Assembly (NCBI RefSeq): GCF_006345805.1
Contig: NC_043008.1
Span: 31,496,001 to 31,560,000 of the forward strand
Reading direction: 5' to 3'
Source: Octopus sinensis
Lineage: Eukaryota
DNA: 64,000 nucleotides
The translations under genes were made by a program, and so were the position numbers. This document shows positions 51,219-64,000 of this stretch, in pieces. The notes below the pieces were generated by a model. It was not told the origin of the DNA, made no database searches, and worked only from the letters and a program-made list of their open reading frames with translations. Positions within the stretch are counted from its first letter, which is position 1; every line of letters begins with the position of its first letter.

Positions 51219-51444
51219 TACGAGGGGATGCTGAAAAGTTACTGGCTTTAAGAGAATCGCGAAAGGCCTGGCTGGAGCACCCCACCCCCACCCCGAGTTC
51301 TTTTACAGGGCTTAGAAAAACTGAAGGACCGCAGTAAAAAGTGCGTGAATCTGAGAGGGGAATATGTTGAATAAAATCATAATTAACTGATTCTCTTGTA
51401 TTTTCTTTTACTCAAAGCCAGGAATTTTCCAGCAACCCCTCATA
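51219..51444 (+). mobile_element. mariner-derived MITE
   Basis: TA-CGAGGGGATGCTGAAAAGTT..CTGGCTTT / AAAGCCAGGAATTTTCCAGCAACCCCTCA-TA. The interior encodes GLEKLKDRSKKCVNLRGEYVE* (mariner C-terminus). Confidence 0.85.
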
Positions 51445-51969
51445 TAAGCAATTTATTGCAAATAAATTTTAACAATTTCTTATATGGACCTCTAAGGGCC
51501 ATATCGACTCCGGTTGAGAACCACTGAGCTAAGGTTTCAGGTTTCAGATGCTTGCTAAGTGTGAGAAAAATAAAGTATATATGTCTATATGCATAGAGGT
51601 AGTCTGCTTCTATTGAAAGCTTGGTCACTTCTTGTTAGATGTGCTGTTTCCGTGCACGAGCATGTAAGTGGATTTTGAGTCCCGAGAGCTGTTTGAAACG
51701 TGCATTAGAAACAGTGCAAATATATCTCACTTTAAAGGGCACAGTTTTGTTTGTTTTATCTGATTTACGGATATTTAAAAGCCTAGACCACCACGGGACT
51801 TACATGTCTTATGACATCACAATATGTCCGCTGTACATATTGAACAACTGAAAAATGACACTATTACAGTATTTAGCAAGGCGTTATATTTCCATAGTTC
51901 TCTTTTCATTTTTGCATACTTGTTTCTATATTCATACATGTATGCATACACTCACATATACACACGCAT

Positions 51970-52019
<50 letters not shown>

Positions 52020-52052
52020 ACACACACACAAACACAAACACACACACACATA

Positions 52053-52090
<38 letters not shown>

Positions 52091-52469
52091 ACATGAGTAT
52101 CAGTATATATGCGTGTGTATATATGTATGTGTGTATGTATTTATAGTTGTATGCATGTATGTATGTATGCACTATGTATGTATGAATGTATGTATGTGTG
52201 CGTATGTATGTAGGTATGTATGAATGTACTATGTATGTATGTTTGTATGTATGTATGTATGTATGTATGTATGTATGTATGTATGTATGTATGTATGTCT
52301 ACATCATTGCATGCAACCGAAGTCGCAGGTATTGCATAAAACTTTTCTTCTCCCAGTGATACGTTTAAACATAGACTCGGACTCTTTCGTTTCTAGCTGT
52401 TGGATGGCCGTTGAGTCTACTGAGTCCATCCGCCCATTGACAATTTTTTTTTCATCCAATAGGATTTCC

Positions 52470-52710
52470 AAGAAAAGTCAGTGCCCTTACTAAGCAGGCT
52501 TGACAGGGTTGCCGGTTTAGTCGCAGACGGCTCCACAATGCAACAAGTTGTACAATGGGTTTAACAGTCAGCCTGAGAAAGACAATTTTAATGTACCGAC
52601 GCGCACCAAATAAAGCCTCCTCTGAGCTAAACATGTATGTGTTTGGACAGAAATTGAATATTTTGGATAAATTCGTGTATTTAGGTAGTACTATAAGCAT
52701 GACATATTCT
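52470..52710 (+). pseudogene. RTE-clade RT fragment
   Basis: RFSR..MGLTVSLRKTILMYRRAP..VFGQKLNILDKFVYLGSTIS. Confidence 0.7.
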
Positions 52711-52744
52711 TAATGATGAAACTTACTTCCACCAAAGCGCAGGA

Positions 52745-52789
<45 letters not shown>

Positions 52790-52821
52790 ACACACCACAC
52801 ACACACACACACCACATATAC

Positions 52822-53228
52822 TCTTTTACTTGTTTGAGTCATTTGACTGTGGCCATGCTGGAGCACCGCCTTTAGTCGAGCAATTCGCCCCCAGGACTTA
52901 GTCTTCGTAAGCCTAGTACTTATTCTATCAGTATCTTTTGTCGAACCGCTGTGTTACGGGGACGTAAACACACCAGCATCGGTTGTCAAGCGATGTTGGG
53001 GGGACAAACACAGACACACAAACATATACACACACGTACATATATATGTATATATATGCATATATATACAACGGGCTTCTTTCAGTTTCCGCCTACCAAA
53101 TCCTCTCAAGGCTTTGGTCGGCCCGAGGCTATAGTAGAAGACACTTGCCTAAGGTGTCACGCAGTGAGACTGAACTCGGAACCATGTGGTTGGTAAGCAA
53201 GCTACTTATCACACAGCCACTCCTACGT
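52822..53228 (-). mobile_element. SINE family A, near consensus
   Basis: Full head-to-tail match. Confidence 0.9.
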
Positions 53229-53847
53229 ATATATTTATCTATATTTATATAAAACAATACCAGCTTGCTCAAGTTGCAACCCCGACTTCCACATACCGGA
53301 AGGAGAAGATACCAGCTCGTCTCCGAAATATCGAAATATAGGGCGAAGTATCTATAGTTTTGTCTTTCTTCAGTTTTCGCATTTTTATTTTTATTTTGAA
53401 TTTTAAAACTATTTTAACTCTATTACACTTAGCTTCATTTAAAGTATACTAGTCTAATGCATACATATATAAGTTTGTACTATCGTACAAATGTTTGTAT
53501 TCTGTACCGCCAGTCACAATTAGTGACAAATTTATTTTTTCCTTTTTGGTTTTATATTGCTTATAGCTACTTTTTTTATTTATAATTTTCACATTACCAT
53601 TTTGCTGAATCAGCCATTGATTCATATGGTAAATACTATATACTGACAGCTGGGATGTAGCCAAACCATCCAGTAATGGAGTAGTCACCATTGATGAGCT
53701 TTAATCTTAAGCAAAACTAGACTAATATGGTAATCTCGCTCACTGTGGAGTGGTTATCTCCCCTGTCAGTGCATAGACATGTGCTTCATTGTGGCTCTAT
53801 AGTTTTAACTCTTAGTTCTAGTAAGTAGGTGCTCATATTATATATAT

Positions 53848-53889
<42 letters not shown>

Positions 53890-55053
53890 AGATAGATATA
53901 GATATATATATATATATATAAATTTCAGACACCCCTTTTGTCACTTTGCTACTGGATATGCAGGGAACCATTGATAGTCACATTGTAACCGACGACTTTA
54001 TGGTTCACCGATTACTATACAAAATAAGATAAATAGAATTAATAGCACGTCAAAATTCTTCAGCCGTTTCCTTGTCAATCAAATATACAGAACAACAAAA
54101 ATCATGTAAAGCGAAAAAACAAGGGTCTTATGTTAAGTTTTACACTTGTGATTTATTGCCAGGAAACTGTATTTCATCTCTTAAATTGTATTTCATCTCA
54201 ATGATTCTATAAATCCAAAATATGGTCTTTGATTAAAACTTTCTTATAATAGTAAATAAAGTGATTTCCGTCTTTTTACATGAAAAGAAAAATCACACTT
54301 CAGAAGAAGTACTTTACGTCAAATTCATTCATTTCGATATGATTTTTTGATGGATTCATTTTGAATTGGTATCAAAACCATATTTTTTCAACGTGTCAGC
54401 GAATCTAGCTATGTTTCATCCCCAGAAGACTAAATGGGGAAATGAATACTTTATAGAATATGTCTTATTTAATATTAGATATAAAAAAGAAAGAGGTATT
54501 AGTTTACCACAGAGATGTTCGTTGATATGAATTATTGTTTTATTCCATATTAGCAATATTTTCACAACTGGCCCTCATCGCAAAAGATTGACACAAGGAT
54601 TAAATAAATTGATTAAAAACGTATAACTTTGTAATTTCAACCACTTCTACATTAATAACTAAGTAGAGCCGAACAGAGGAAAATCTCGCAATTTTTCGAC
54701 TGAATAATTTGTTATAGAGGACGAAATTTGTAATAACTAATCATATTACCAATGAAATATATGTGACAGTCATGAAAAAGCACTATTAATTCAGAGTGTC
54801 TCGGTAAGTCAGCACAATAATCAGCATTTTTGTGTAATTTCAGAAAGTTGTTGTAGCGAAGGAGTCTAGCTTTAGCGTTAAGCAAATGTCAATCTGCCTG
54901 AATTTCGTAAATGTACGTGCACACACACACACACACACACAATCACACGCACACACACACGCACGCACACACACACACACAATCACACGCACGCACACAC
55001 GCACGCACACACACACACAATCACACGCACGCACACACGCACGCACACACACA

Positions 55054-55092
<39 letters not shown>

Positions 55093-56725
55093 ACACACCA
55101 CACGCACACGCACACACAATGCTGTATAAGCGAGCAACAAACTTAATCTGCCCAGGTATAAAATATTGATTTCAAATTTTGGAATAAGGTCAGAAAGTTT
55201 GGGGGAGGGCGTAATTCAATTACATCGACTCCTTATTTTATCGACCTCGAAAGGACAAAGTCGATTCTCACGGCATTTGAACTCAGAATGTAAAAAATGC
55301 CGCTACGCATTTTCGGCGCAGTAGTGATTTTTCTCCGCCCCACCTGTCATTTGACAAACGGTGTTGATTTTCTTATGTCCCCGCAACTTAGCGCTTTGGC
55401 AAAAGAGACCGATAGAGTAAGTACCGGACTTGAAAAAGTTCTGATTGCTGGGATCGATTTGTTCAACAAAGCCCTTCAAAGTGGTGCCCCAGCATGGCTG
55501 CAGTTCAATGATTGAACAGGTAAAAGATACAGATTATTAAGAAAAGAACAACATAGGAATGGCGAGTGGGAGAGTACCAAACTATAGACACATCTGATAA
55601 AGCAACTTACAGCTAAACAAACACCTGCTGTTTTCCTTCTCTACTTTCGTTTTACCGTTACTATTGTGACATCTACTCCCCGAAGTTGGTTAGTCTCATT
55701 AATGAAGTCACCTTCACTAAGGCACTCCCAGCTCATTCATCTGACCTCTTCTCCTGATCCAAAGGTCTTCTCTGCCCAGATCCCACACAGACCACTTACC
55801 TAGTCCTTCCCCCACCTACGTGACCCATCCCACTGAAATTTCCTTTCTATGAATTTCTTTTTCTACAGCCATTGGTTTGTAAATGTTTATGGTGAACGTA
55901 CAAGACGCCGATATCACGATCTGGGAGACCTCCAAAAATTATGAGTGTAACCTCTTCTTCCATCCCGATCAATGAGCAAAAAACGAAAAAGCGAAAAACA
56001 AAGGCAGTACCTACTTAGCCAGTACCTACTTAGACAATCCAACCTAGACAGACCCCACTTAACTAAATACATTTCTATTTTCCTGCATTCGAGTATGTTT
56101 TTGCTTGTCTCACAATAAAGTCTGGCCTAATTTCTTCAACTTTGGTATTTGTCAAAATAACTAGAAATAACATGTAATCAATAGAAAACAAGCAAATGCC
56201 AAACATCTTTTAGTATCAGAGGCAAAAAAACACACGCACACAGACGCACACACACTCACATTCGCACAAACACACACATGTATTTGAATACATACATGCA
56301 CTCAAGCATATACACATACATATACACGTACACACGTACACCAAACATATACGCACGCACTCATGCACACACACACACACACACAATAGTGTATATGTAC
56401 TCATGCATGTGTATCATGTATACAAACTCTCAAACTATATAATGATATACTAACAGCCACCATTCCATTAAATGGCGGCGGTCATTTTGAATAGTTTTTC
56501 AAGAAATATGTTGTTTTTCCTGCTGCCGTTGCAGTAGCTGTTACTTCTGTTTGCTAATACTGACGAAATAATGATGATATTGTTCATAAGATTGTGATGT
56601 AAGAGACGGTCACATTCACGCCGGGTCCATAACAATACTCTGAGACTAGTACTAAGACTAAATAAACATATAAATACATTATATATATACACACACACAA
56701 CGTATATATATATATTATATATAAA

Positions 56726-56773
<48 letters not shown>

Positions 56774-56952
56774 TATATATACATATATTACATATATACA
56801 TACATATTTATATATATATATACAATAAAAGCAATTAAGATTCAAGTCAATTCTAATGAATTTACTTGAATGCGGTACTTAACTTTTAATAAAGCCTGTC
56901 TTTGTATGAAACAATTGTACTAAAACTAATCCATTCTTGTTGCTTCTTTCTC

Positions 56953-56994
<42 letters not shown>

Positions 56995-57086
56995 TTATAT
57001 TTACATATATATATATAAATATTATATAGATATATATATATATTACATATATATATACATACATATTTATATATATATATATATAT

Positions 57087-57127
<41 letters not shown>

Positions 57128-57200
57128 ATATGATAAAAATGGTAAGATAACAAAACAATGAAAATGACCTCGATATTATGTAAATAGAGGAATTTATCTG

Positions 57201-57454
57201 TAAATGTAATATGTGACAATTATTCGGTAGCCATGGTAAAACTCTGAGTTTCGGGTGCCGAGGTGGAAATCCACGCCGCCATCTCTCAGTTATCCGGCCA
57301 TCGGAAAAATACTATGAAAAAAAAATTTTTTGACGTAAGGATTTTTTTCATAGTATTTTTCCGATGGCCGGATAACTGGCGTGGATTTCCACCTCGGCAT
57401 CCGAAACTCGGAGTTTTATTATGGCTGCCGAATAATTGTCACATATTACATTTA
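57201..57454. mobile_element. 254-bp near-perfect palindrome between (TA)n tracts
   Basis: Arms of about 120 bp; the right arm has a deletion of about 10 nt; spacer AATTTTTTGACGTAAGGA. Confidence 0.9.
57235..57294 (-). ncRNA. HHR-like motif with a shortened CUGAGA core (atypical)
   Basis: Two-arm consensus: GATAA|CTGAGA|GATG..GTGG attt CCAC..CATC|C|GAAACT CGG AGTT^|TTATC. Confidence 0.45.
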
Positions 57455-57740
57455 TATATATATATATATGTATATATCTTGAAAATATAAGAGTGTATAA
57501 AATATTTTTATACGCAAAGAGGAGACGTTTGACAGGAATCCTTACATGCTAAAAAGGTCAGTTAAAACTCAGAACACGAAAAAGAGAATTTTATACACTC
57601 TTATATTTTTAAAAATACGTTGTCTTATAACTTTTATTTATGCGCGCTAACCACTGGTAATAAATTATTTAAATTTATCACCCTCATATTCACGATAATT
57701 ACGTGTGTGTGTGTGTGTGTACATATATATATTCACTAGC

Positions 57741-57758
57741 GGTCACGTGACCTTTGCC
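57741..57758. promoter_or_regulatory. Candidate palindromic E-box GGTCACGTGACC overlapping TGACCTTTGCC (nuclear-receptor-like)
   Basis: Motif match only; the context is not recognisably repetitive. Confidence 0.25.
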
Positions 57759-58068
57759 TTGGTCTGTTCTTTACTCAAACGCATCTATCGAAATGCCCAT
57801 GTGTTAGATTGTTAAAGGCTGCTAGTCACCACTTTTCACGAGAAAAGGGTGAAAATTTCGTCTTGATTCGTCGTCGCTCTAAAACTGAACAACATTATAT
57901 TTCATTTGTACCCAATACACACACACACACACATACACAAAAGGAAATCAAAAATTATCCGCATTTTCGCTTTCAGCACTCAAGTGCTAAAAGCTAATAT
58001 TCTTATGGATACGTAAGCGATGTTTGATCTTAATCGCTCCAGTTTCTTTCTTTTGTTTCAGGGTAAAT

Positions 58069-58705
58069 ATGGCAGCTCCGCTGGCAGTGTGCAGCTAGGA
58101 AAAGCAGAGATCAGTGATCCGATTTGTCTGGTTTAAAGTGGTGTCAAGGGATAACATTCATCGCAGGCTTTCAATACAGTACGGGGACAGCGCTCTACCG
58201 CCAAGAATTATGAATGAGTGGATACAGAAGTTTAAAAATGGCCAGACAAGGGTGAATCAAGAAGTGGGATCACAACGCCCATCGACCCCCGCCACCGACG
58301 TAGAGATTCAACAAGCTCCAGAGATAGTTCTGGCGAAGTGACGAGTGATCGTCGATAAGATGGCATGTTGTCTGCAAACTAATCGTGGTTCTGTATGCTT
58401 CGTTTCCATAAAGTCTGTGCGAGATGGGAGCCAAGAAAGTATACCGAAGCGTATAAACGCAATCGTGTGGTGGTTTCTCAATGCTTACTCGACAGCTACA
58501 AGACGAAGACGAAGTTTTATTTTATTTGTTTATTTATTTAATTTTTGAGAGAGAGAGGGGGGGAGAGAGAGAGTGAGTGAGTGTGTGTCGGGGTGGGGGA
58601 GAACAGTCACTGGCGACAAGATCTGGTTCCATCACTTTGGGCCAGAATACAAAAGGTAGAGTATGGAGTGGAAACACCCAGAAATGCCAGTGAAAAAGAA
58701 ATTCT
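58069..58705 (+). pseudogene. mariner transposase N-terminal half, truncated by a (TCT)n tract
   Basis: MAAPLAVCS*EKQRSVIRFVW..IHRRLSIQYGDSAL..EWIQKFKNGQT; VTGDKIWFHHFGPE..SMEWKHP..PVKKKF. Confidence 0.85.
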
Positions 58706-59607
58706 TCTCTCTCTTCTACCTCTTCATCTTCTACTTCCCCTTCCTCTTCCCTTGTACCTTTCCTCTTCTTCCCCTTCCTCCTCTACCCTTCCTTCTCTAC
58801 CTTCCTCTTCTTCTATCCCTTCATCTTCTTCTTCTTCTTCTTCTTCTATCTCTTCTTCTTCTTCCTCTTTTACTCCTTCCTCTTCTTCCTCTTCTTCTTC
58901 TTCCCCTTCTTCCTCTACCCTTCCTTCTCTACCTTCCTCTTCTATCTCTTCTTCTTCGTTTTCTTCTTCTTCTTCTTCTATCTCTTCCTCTTCTACCTCT
59001 TCTTCTTCTTCTTCCCTCTTTTACCTCTTCTTCCTCCTCATCATCATTTTCATCATATTGTTCCAGTCCTCCATGTCAACTAGTTTTTTCGACTATTCAC
59101 CAATATATCAAGCGGTTCCTGAAAAATGGACTCGTAAAAGATCGTGAAATCTATCTGGAACTTCACTATTCACAGTGAAGAAGGAGAAGAAGAAGAAGAA
59201 GAAGAAGAAGAAGAAGAAGAAGAAGAAGAAGAAGAAGAAGAAGGAGAAGGAGATGAAGAAGAAGAAGAAGATGAAGAAGAAGAAGATGAAGAAGAAGAAG
59301 ATGAAGAAGAAGAAGGAGAAGGAGAAGAAGAAGAATAAGAAGGAGAAGGAGGAGGAGAAGAAGAAGGAGAAGAAGAAGAAGAAGAAGAAGGAGAAGAAGA
59401 AGAAGGAGAAGGAGAAGAAGAAGAAGAAGAAGGAGAAGAAGAAGAAGAAGAAGGAGAAGAAGGAGGAGAAGAAGAAGAAGAAGAGAAGAAGGAGAAGAAG
59501 AAGAAAGAGAAGGAGAAGAAGAAGAAGAAGAAGAAGGAGAAGAAGAAGGAGAAGAAGAAGAAGAAGAAGGAGAAGAAGAAGAAGAAGAAGAAGAAGAAGA
59601 AGAAGAA
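58705..59607. repeat. (TCT/TCC)n tract (58705-59040) and (GAA/GGA)n tract (59177-59607)
   Basis: Direct read; source of the poly-S/L/E/K/R ORFs. Confidence 0.95.
59061..59169 (-). mobile_element. Isolated 5-prime end of the maT-like element at 60166-60886
   Basis: About 100-bp similarity to 60778-60886 in the same orientation. Confidence 0.8.
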
Positions 59608-60090
59608 ATATCAAAAGTAGTATTTTAAATACATGCACGCACACACATACACACACTTATACATACATGTGTATTATATATATATATACATACATATGAT
59701 ATACATATATATAGCCTAGTTATATGAATGTTTACAGACTAATTAGCTGTTGATAATTACTTTTTCCTATTGTAGTGACTAATGCTAACAATAAATGAAT
59801 GTGAATGGGAGGGAGGGAGGGAGGGAGGGGGCATAACAGTTTAAGACAAACTCAAGGAAATGATGATAATGGCACCGTGCTGTTGGTGGTAGTGCTGCTG
59901 TTGCGATTGTAGTTGCGGTGATTGTAGCAGTGGTTGAGGTTATGCTAGAGCGCTACCTCGTAGGGTTTTAGCCAATCAATTCGACGGCAGTACTAATTAA
60001 AAAAAAGAGTTTGGTCTCTTTTGCGGAAACCGTTAAGTTACAAACCGAACGCCGATTATAAAGTGATGGGAGACAAATACAATGTACATA

Positions 60091-60135
<45 letters not shown>

Positions 60136-60165
60136 CAGAGAGACAGACAGACAGACAGACAGAAA

Positions 60166-60886
60166 TACAGTGTTCAAGCTAAATTTGATGGTTTGCATAA
60201 AAGGAAAAGAAAAACAACATACCTTCCAAAAATATATGAATCAACTAGATTATTGCAGTGAGATAACAGTTTATTCAAAATAGCCGTCCTTGTCTTCCAT
60301 CACAACCTCAAGATGCCTCCGAAACCTGGCACATGCGTTCTTCTCTAGCGCATGCGTTCTTCACTGGCGCAACACACACACACACATAGTAATCCATGGG
60401 ATTACAAACAAGGGAATTAGGAGACCACAAATTGGACCTGGTGAAATTGTAGAATTTTCCGACAACCACTCCTGACGCTTTTATGGCAAGGAGTTGAATG
60501 CTACTGCCAAACGTATGGCCTTTCGGCAGCGACCCTCTCCAACCAGGAATTGACCAGTCTGCAGAAGCTTCACATAGCCGTCTGAATTGAGCCTAAAACC
60601 ATATTCTACAGAATAAATCCCGGCATGTGGACGCAGTCAGAACATCTGCTGGCCACGGCATCGTAGTCTCCGTTGCAGCGTGTCACGTCTATAAGACAGC
60701 TGCAACTGGGCATTGAAAAGCAGTCATGATGCCGGTATTTTGATACCTGGCATATCTTTTCCAATATTCAAAAGGCTTCCAGTCCTCCATGTCAGCTAGT
60801 TTTCCTCGACTACTCATCAATATATCAAGCGGTTCCTGAAAAATGGATGCATAAAAGATCGTCAAATCTGTCCCGAACTTCTCGTA
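60166..60886 (-). mobile_element. Internally deleted Tc1/mariner-superfamily (maT/DD37D-like) element
   Basis: MEDWKPFEYWKRYA..CNGDYDAVASR; LNSDGYVKLL..WLERVAAERPYVWQ; NPMDYY; ACARFRRHLEVVMEDKDGYFE*. Diverged TIR-like ends with TA. Confidence 0.75.
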
Positions 60887-61127
60887 TATATATAGTTAAA
60901 GTAGTGAGGACCTATACCTACAGACTCAAAGGGAAGCCACCATTAGCCATTTTTTGAACAAGACAATGACACAACCACAACTTCAACCGCTGATTGAGCT
61001 ATCCTGATGTAAATTCCTCATTCCCTCTCTCTCTCTCTTTCTTTCTCTATACACACACACACACACACACACACACGCGCCACACACGCACACAAAAAAA
61101 ACACACACACATATTATACATACATAC

Positions 61128-61175
<48 letters not shown>

Positions 61176-62531
61176 CGACGAGCCGCCACATAGTTTCCGT
61201 CTATCAAATTCACTCATATGACCCGTGGTTACAGTTGAAAACGCTTGCCCAAGTCGCCGTCCAGTAGGACTGTACCCGGAAACATTTGTCTGCAAAGCGA
61301 GATTCTTAACCACCCAGCCTTGCCGGCGCCTATTATGGTGGTTAGTAGCTGTAGTGACAGTAGTAGTAGTGTACTAGAAATAGTGAAAATGATTGTTGTG
61401 GTGGGATAGTAGTGTACTGGTTACGATGTTAATTAATAGAGGCAGTTGTGCTAATATTGGCGACAGTATGATCATAAATTGTAGTAGTAGTAGTAGTAGT
61501 GGTGGTGGTGGTGGTGGTGGTGGTAGTGGTGGTGCTGGTGGTGATGGTGGTGGTGGTGCTGGTGCTGATGCTGGTGGTTTTCGTGGTGGCGGCAGCAGTG
61601 AGATTGATGGTAGTGGTGGTTGTTAACAGAATTGGCGGTGACTGCGGCGAGTATGGTAGTGATGGTGGTAGTGGTGGTTGTGGTGAAAGAATTAATTAAT
61701 TAATGTCTAATGACATTGAGTAAATGGATAAATAATAATTAATGAATAGATATTTGAATTTTAAAAAATAGTAACAGATGAAGTCGATCGATCAGGAAGT
61801 ATTGATCGCTTTCTAATTAATCACATCAAAGCTAATACGAAATAAAACAAACAAGAAAAGTAATTAATCACCTTCAAATCACTCCTTAACTTCAGAACGA
61901 CGCGGATAATTTATGAGTGATTTAGTTGTTATTTCTAGTAGATCAGATGACCGCAGATAGGCTCACACTTTGATTCGCTTATAGTCTAATTTTTGTTTCT
62001 GTTTAACTCCAGCTTAGCTCTGATTGAGAAGACGAGTATTCTGTTATTTTACAGACAATAAATATTCTAGGATCACATTATCAAATGTCCCCTTCCTTTG
62101 TAACTGCTTCTCAACCAATTTTTGTCTTTGGATCCTTTTGATTACTATTCCATTCGATATTTAAAAACTAGTTTTATAGATACTTTTCCCAAAATTCCTG
62201 TTTTGTTTGTCACACATTCACTTGTGTAAGTTGAACCATGTAAAACATTAGAGAAAGAAACCAGGCTATTTCTTGCAATAAATACATATAAAGCAAAAGT
62301 TTTTCATGAACTCTTAATGAACTACTGTGGATACCCAATTTACTATGGACCCCCACAAGAATCATATGGACCCGGGTTGAGAACCACTGCTTTATAAGAT
62401 TCTAAGAGTCCTTACAAGATGGGAAGTATGTCTATTTGGTTAATCCAGTTATGCTGCTCTTTGATATATCAATGTAGTCATGTTAGACTAGTCAAGGCAG
62501 TCTAGTTTTTAACTTCTCTTATGACAATAAT

Positions 62532-62985
62532 ATTCTTTTATCTGTTACTGGTTTCAGTCATTGGACTGCCGCCATTCTGGAGCACCGCCTTAAAGGGTTT
62601 TAGTTCAAGAAATCTACCCCATTGCTTATGAATTTTTGAAGTCCAATACTTATTCTGTCGTTCTCTTTTTGCTAAGTTACGGGGCAAGCCAGCATCATTT
62701 TTAGACGGTTGTGGTGCGCAAAAACACACACACGCACACACACACAACACACACACACACACACACACACATACACACACACAACACACACACACACACA
62801 TATGTATGTATGTAAAAGATAGACTTCCGCACAGTTTCTGTCAACGAAATACACTCACAAAGTTTTGTCGACCCGAAGTCTATTGTAGAAGACACTTGCT
62901 CAAGGTGCGACGCTTGACAACGAACCCAAAAGCACATGACTGCAAACCGAGTTTCGTAACCACTTAGCCATACATCATGGCGCCT
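62532..62985 (-). mobile_element. SINE family A (diverged)
   Basis: Head and tail motifs as in the other copies. Confidence 0.8.
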
Positions 62986-63384
62986 GTAACAAATATCAAT
63001 AAGGCATCAAAAGCCAAAGGGAGAGCCTCTAAGCTGCCGCCGCCTTACTAGAAATAGCTACCAAATATCCTTCAAATTATGCTCCATCGTTTTAGAAAGA
63101 GGGCATCTCCGATAATGAGGTCCTAGCTAACATGTACGTAGATGTTAATGTGATAGTAACGGTTGGAATCCTTTTCACTATTGATCTATGCGATCAGGGT
63201 TGTTTGGCAACTAAACAACCACATCGCCAACAAATCACTTGTGATCAATAAGTCACCCGAAGTGGACTTAAAACCTTTTCTTGTCGACTGTGACAGACAT
63301 CGAAATACATTAGTAAACTTCCCACGAGTGGTGTTTGACGCCCAGTTTCAATTTCAGGTTGATGTGAATAGGTGAGAAAACAAC

Positions 63385-63600
63385 GAGCTCGCAGAATCGT
63401 TTGCACGCCGGATAAAATACTTAGCGGCCTTTCGTCCGTCTTTACATTCTGAGCTTAAATTCCACCGAGGTCGACTTCGCCTTTCATCCTTTCAGGGTCG
63501 ATTAAATAAGTACCAGTAGAACACTAGGGTCGATGTAATCGACTTATCCCCACCCTCCACCAGAACTTGCTGGCCTTGTGTCAAAATTTGAAACCAACAT
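63385..63600 (+). mobile_element. SINE family B, long-tail variant
   Basis: Head GAGCTCGCAGAATCG..; Meta-like domain; tail TTGCTGGCCTTGTGTCAAAATTTGAAACC. Confidence 0.85.
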
Positions 63601-64000
63601 TTTCAAGTGAGAAAGTTATTTTGTGCGGTTCGTGTACGTCACATTTTGTGAACCCTTTGAAAAAATTCAACAAGGTAAGAAACAAAAGTAACAAATATTT
63701 AATACGTACCTGGGTAGCCAAACTTACCTGTGAAAAACTAATCTATACAATTCTTGTAAATGTTTAAGATTTACAGCTTAGATATTTCGAAATGTGTGTC
63801 TCTAACAGTCAGATACACCACGCCAGAATGTCCCCTTGACTCATCCTACTTGTAGAGGAAGTGTAAGAGAATGAATGTAGGAGCTAACAGAATAACGGAA
63901 TGAGAGAGAAAAAGAATGCAAGCCAAGAGGGAGAGAGAGAAAGAAGGGGGGAAAAAGCATGCACGCGAATGTGTGTGTGCACATGTGTGTATGAGTGTGT

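Noticed and set aside
50616-51526. One large hAT MITE spanning two TIR-like ends
   Set aside because: The 8-bp flanks do not match (ATTTAGCC vs AGCTAAGG); probably two separate fragments.

Overview
AT-rich, microsatellite-saturated animal genomic DNA. The SINE families and compound (CA/TA/ATAG/TAC)n landscape look like an octopus or other coleoid cephalopod; this is recognition, not a database result. I found no host protein-coding exon, rRNA, true tRNA or CRISPR array, and nearly all ORF-track entries are translated microsatellites or SINEs. The window is mostly layered transposon fossils: hAT, Merlin, piggyBac, Tc1, mariner, maT-like, L1/Tx1, RTE, an R4/Dong-type RLE, a Penelope-like (PLE) RT/GIY-YIG remnant, MITEs and several tRNA-headed SINE families. 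The main unexpected signal is a set of minimal type-I hammerhead ribozyme (HHR) motifs from about six unrelated sequence families. Each has a palindromic or near-palindromic helix III (dimer type) and its own core variant. They include (i) a 360-bp retrozyme-like monomer with a compensated U3-A8 core at 772-814, and (ii) a 551-bp palindromic element (5448-5998) with a 12-bp target-site duplication whose outward-facing arms join a tRNA-like Pol III head to an HHR. Activity of all motifs is untested, and several individual copies carry inactivating changes.
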